A stretch of DNA of 40,363 nt from Octopus bimaculoides (Eukaryota): assembly GCF_001194135.2 (NCBI RefSeq), contig NC_068991.1, forward strand, positions 53,078,707 through 53,119,069, in the 5' to 3' direction. Within the stretch, counting starts at the first letter, position 1. The number at the start of each line of letters is the position of its first letter. Shown here piece after piece: positions 37,945-40,363 of the stretch. Position numbers and translations under genes: made by a program. A model generated the notes under the pieces. It worked only from the letters and a program-made list of their open reading frames with translations, searched no databases and had not been told where the DNA came from.

Positions 37945-38122
37945 ATATCTTTTGGAAATTTGGATATTGATTTCCTGTGAATATTATTAATAATTTTATT
38001 AATAATATAAAAACATATATATATCTATTTGCTCAAAGTAATAGAGCACTTAATATAAGCTCAATAAAATATTCCTTTTGAATATTCTTTATAAATTATA
38101 TATATATATATATATGCGTGTA

Positions 38123-38168
<46 letters not shown>

Positions 38169-38460
38169 TGTATATATATGTGTGTGTGTGTGTGTGTGTT
38201 TGTACCCCCACCATCGCTTGAGAACCGATGTTTCTGTATTTACGTCCTCCATAACTTAACCGTTTGGCAAAACACACCGAATAAGTACTAGGCTTACAAA
38301 AAAATAAATCCTGGAGTCAATTTCTTCAACTAAAGGTGGTGCTCCAGCATGGCTGCAGTCACATAACCAAAACAAGTAAAATAATAAATAAAACTATGCC
38401 ATTTTAATCCCGAGCAATGCCGGGTATCACGGCTAATTTCCTATAAATTTGACTGCTTAC

Positions 38461-38612
38461 CTGATGTGCTCGACAAATAAGATCTAAATCATGTCGATTC
38501 AGAAATTTGCTGACAATTTCAGCGCCAAAAGTAAAAGAAACTCCACGGTCATTTTCTCCCCAGCCATGTACTTCTTTGTCAGGGTCTGACCAAAGTAAAT
38601 CACATAAAAGAC
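38461..38612 (-). CDS. PPP1CB: PP1 catalytic subunit beta-type, internal coding exon (152 nt, phase 1 to 0)
   Basis: Manual minus-strand translation gives (G)[50 protein letters not shown], the PPP-family WSDP, RG and RAHQ motifs. Flanked by acceptor ccttatgtttcag and donor gtaagc. Upstream exons lie beyond the window. Confidence 0.98.
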
Positions 38613-39022
38613 CTGAAACATAAGGAAAATGATAAAAGAATACTGGTCATAGCAGACTAGTAGTAACTAGTCAACAGGTAAAAAGTTAGTGCTCATAGCC
38701 TTTGGAGAAAACGTTGATATTCACAAAACTGCATAAGCGGTTTATCCACTCACATTTTCACCTGCCTCAAATAACACAAGACTTATTGTCAGCTGAATAA
38801 GAAAAGAATTGCTGAATCACACTCTAAAAGGTCATGTATGTAAAAACATTATTTTCTACAACACATGATAACGTCATAAGATTTTATGAACACAAAAATA
38901 TGTATAACAATGTATTTTATGTATATTTTAATTCTATTAATGCTGTTATTTAAAATGTATCATATTTCTATGTATTATTTACTACTTTATTTCCTTTCCT
39001 TTGTAAGAACACGTTTGATATA

Positions 39023-40229
39023 TTAGGTTGTTAAGAAAGTTCTTGTGGTTTTTAACCTTTAAATTCAGATGCACATATCTCGGCTCAAGCAAAACTTTAT
39101 TAATTGAAATAAACACCATCAGAATCAACACACTTTTGCCAACGAGAAACAAGTTTATTTATGCCAGTAGCGTAAAAATCCTGGGTTCTGGTGGTGATGA
39201 AGTCGTGTTTGGCATTGTCTTGGTTTTTGAAGCATTTCACACACAGGAAGTTATTGAGATGCTTGAAAAAGTGGTAGTCAGTAGGCTAGAGGTCTGGTGA
39301 GTATGGTGGATGAGGCATACAATCTGCAGGGTCAGTTGTGTAATGTGCGTCTGAGTGTTGTCGTGGAGAAGAATTGGTCCTTTTCTATTCACCAATGCTG
39401 GCTGTTGTTGGAGTTTCTTATGCATTTCATCCATTTGCTGACAGTATTTCTCTGTCGTAATGGTTTCGCCTGGATCCAAAAAGCTGTGATGGATGAGACC
39501 GACCACAGACCACCATGACCTTCTTTTGCTGCAACTTTGGCTTCGGGACGTGCCACTGAGCTTCGTCAGCGTCCAACCACTGAGCTGAGCTTTGCCGGTT
39601 GTCATAAACAATCCACTTTCCATCGCAAGTCACAATCCGGTTGAGAAACGGGTCGTTCTTGTTGCGTAAAAGAAGAGAAGACGACACTTCAAAAAGGCAT
39701 TTTTTTTGGTTGTTGTTCAATTTGTGCGGCACCCATTTCTCAAGTATTTTTGTCTTTCCAATCTTTTTCAAGTGGTTGGAAATTGTTGTATACGTTACGT
39801 CTAATTCAGAAGTAAGCTCTCGAACAGTTGTGCGTGGATTGGCTTCCACTAAGGATCTTAGTTAATCGTTGTCAACATCCAATGGCCAACCACTACACTT
39901 ATAATCTTCAAGACTCTGGTCACCGCTATGAAATTTTTTGAACCACCATTGTGCTGTACATTCATTAGTGGTTCCTGGGCCATATGCATTGTTGATATCA
40001 CGAGCTGTTTCAGCAGCTTTTTGGCCTAGCTTGAACTGGAATAAGAAAATTGTGCGAATTTGCTTTTTGTCCATGTTGTATTCGACGTTCCGGAAAAAAT
40101 GGCCTAATTATTCAAAAACAAAAAGAACACGGATATATAAAGTCAGAGTAGTTTAACGAAAATTAATTTGAAAATACATCATTTAAAACCAAAATTAAAA
40201 ATTCTGCAAGAACTTTCTTGACAACCTAA
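39023..40229 (-). mobile_element. Near full-length mariner DNA transposon (Hsmar1-like, cecropia subfamily) in a PPP1CB intron
   Basis: TIRs TTAGGTTGTTAAGAAAGTTCTTG (from 39023) and the complement of TTAGGTTGTCAAGAAAGTTCTTG (ending 40229). TA on both sides (39021-22, 40230-31). Length 1207 bp, with a mariner transposase inside. Confidence 0.95.
39100..40074 (-). pseudogene. Disrupted mariner DD34D-type transposase
   Basis: MDKKQIRTIFLFQFKLG...WVPHKL...IVTCDGKW...ILLHDN...PHPPYSPDL*PTDYHFFKHL...RWQKCVDSDGVYFN*. In-frame stop after VDND, a frameshift near KKVM, a small deletion after TLQ and a stop after YSPDL. Confidence 0.93.
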
Positions 40230-40363
40230 TACATGTACATGTGTGTGTGAATATAATGATTTAAATACCATACTATTGTAAGATAGCTTGGCAGTGACAA
40301 AATTACATCACAAATAATTTTAATTTCTTTTCAAATTCACTCATATTCTCCCTAGTCTGAAGC

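Noticed and set aside
39028-39865. Plus-strand ORFs over the mariner
   Set aside because: Antisense shadows of the transposase pseudogene.

Overview
AT-rich, microsatellite- and SINE-dense animal genomic DNA with six N-gaps. The repeat families point to an octopod cephalopod, probably Octopus (inference from recalled SINE families). The only confidently identified host gene is the 3' end of a protein phosphatase 1 catalytic subunit, beta-type (PPP1CB). It lies on the minus strand as three coding exons (38612-38461, 35339-35205, 32176-32066) that splice in frame with canonical GT/AG sites. None of these exons is in the supplied ORF track. A repeat-poor ~5 kb stretch follows and probably represents a long 3' UTR. 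The rest is mostly mobile-element debris: a near full-length Hsmar1-like mariner with TIRs and TA duplications in a PP1 intron, other Tc1/mariner remnants, a hAT MITE with an 8-bp TSD, RTE, CR1/L2-like, HERO-like and Penelope-like retroelement fragments, several SINE families, inverted repeats and satellites. I found no clearly new biological system. The best leads are a CxxC substitution next to the PP1 RVxF-docking groove, inverted SINEs bracketing an in-frame PP1 exon, the candidate long alternatively polyadenylated UTR, several hairpins, and possible unannotated plus-strand exons. Boundaries of degenerate repeats are approximate.
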